Positions 63,276 through 64,000 of a stretch of DNA of 64,000 bases are shown here, one piece after another (positions within the stretch are counted from its first letter, which is position 1; every line of letters begins with the position of its first letter). Source of the DNA: Euglena gracilis (taxonomy: Eukaryota); assembly GCA_039621445.1 (NCBI GenBank), contig CP154954.1:7389425-7453424 (forward strand), written 5' to 3'. Position numbers and translations under genes: made by a program. The notes under the pieces were generated by a model that had not been told where the DNA came from, ran no database searches, and saw only the letters and a list, made by a program, of their open reading frames with translations.

Positions 63276-64000
63276 TCAAAATTTGAAAAATTCCGGGTGA
63301 TTTCTCTGCTGAACGCTTTCCCACACAGGAAATGGAGATGGCGGAATCCCCCAGCGGAATTCCGACAGCTGGGTGACAGGTGATGGCTGGAAAAAAAGTG
63401 TGGTGGTCGGATCGGGGATCCAATCTGGCAGACTGCCGCCTGTAAAAAAATTTGGCATTTCAGCCAGGGGGTTGGATGGATCTGGCTCAGGTGAGCAGAT
63501 CCATCTGAATTGGAAAATTGTTCGAGGGATGAGGTCTATTTTACAAGTATCTCACTTGTCAGCATTTTGGCAGCATTCCCTAAAACCTCCGGCCAGCTTG
63601 CTGAGCTGGAATCCGACGTCGTGTCACAAAACCCAGCGAAACCTGGGATCTGGGGCGGGTCAGAAGGTCACACGAAAGATAGACGGAAGACCCCACCGCC
63701 ACAGAATCCCATTTGCCCCCCCCCCCCCCGGGACCTCTTTGCCCCAAACTGACATATTAAACTGACACAAACAATTAAGAGGCTTCAATAATTTGTGCCT
63801 TACTAACAATACATCAAACAGAAAACAATTAAACCAAACCATTTCATTGCTTATGTAATTCAGAGTTCGGCGGCATAGGTGCGCGTGCGCAGACAAACAA
63901 ACGAATCGTCACGAGATGGGTGGTGGCCCTGCATCGTTGCTTGACCTGCTCATCCTTGACGAGAACAAAAACAACAGCACCTCAACGACAAGCCACTGCA

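Overview
Eukaryotic nuclear DNA, most likely from a euglenid: it is intron-rich, full of C/G homopolymer runs and microsatellites, and most introns lack GT-AG ends. All recognisable genes lie on the minus strand. (1) An ankyrin-repeat TRPV-like cation channel of about 27 short exons, present twice. Bases 1-21958 recur at about 25393-47415, with a 13-N gap exactly at the boundary, and each copy carries a different frameshift. (2) A histidine-phosphatase (RHG) gene, probably linked to an upstream transmembrane exon. (3) An unidentified coiled-coil gene. (4) The 3' end of a cytochrome b561 with a Met-rich loop. The exons can be joined in frame only through euglenid-type nonconventional introns, whose ends form a stem (usually CAG at +4..+6 paired with CTG at -8..-6). 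The window also holds several MITEs with CAG...CTG ends and 8-bp target-site duplications. Their geometry (3+5=8 nt) matches these introns, which suggests the introns came from transposons. Exon models were made by hand without RNA data; several junctions are approximate.
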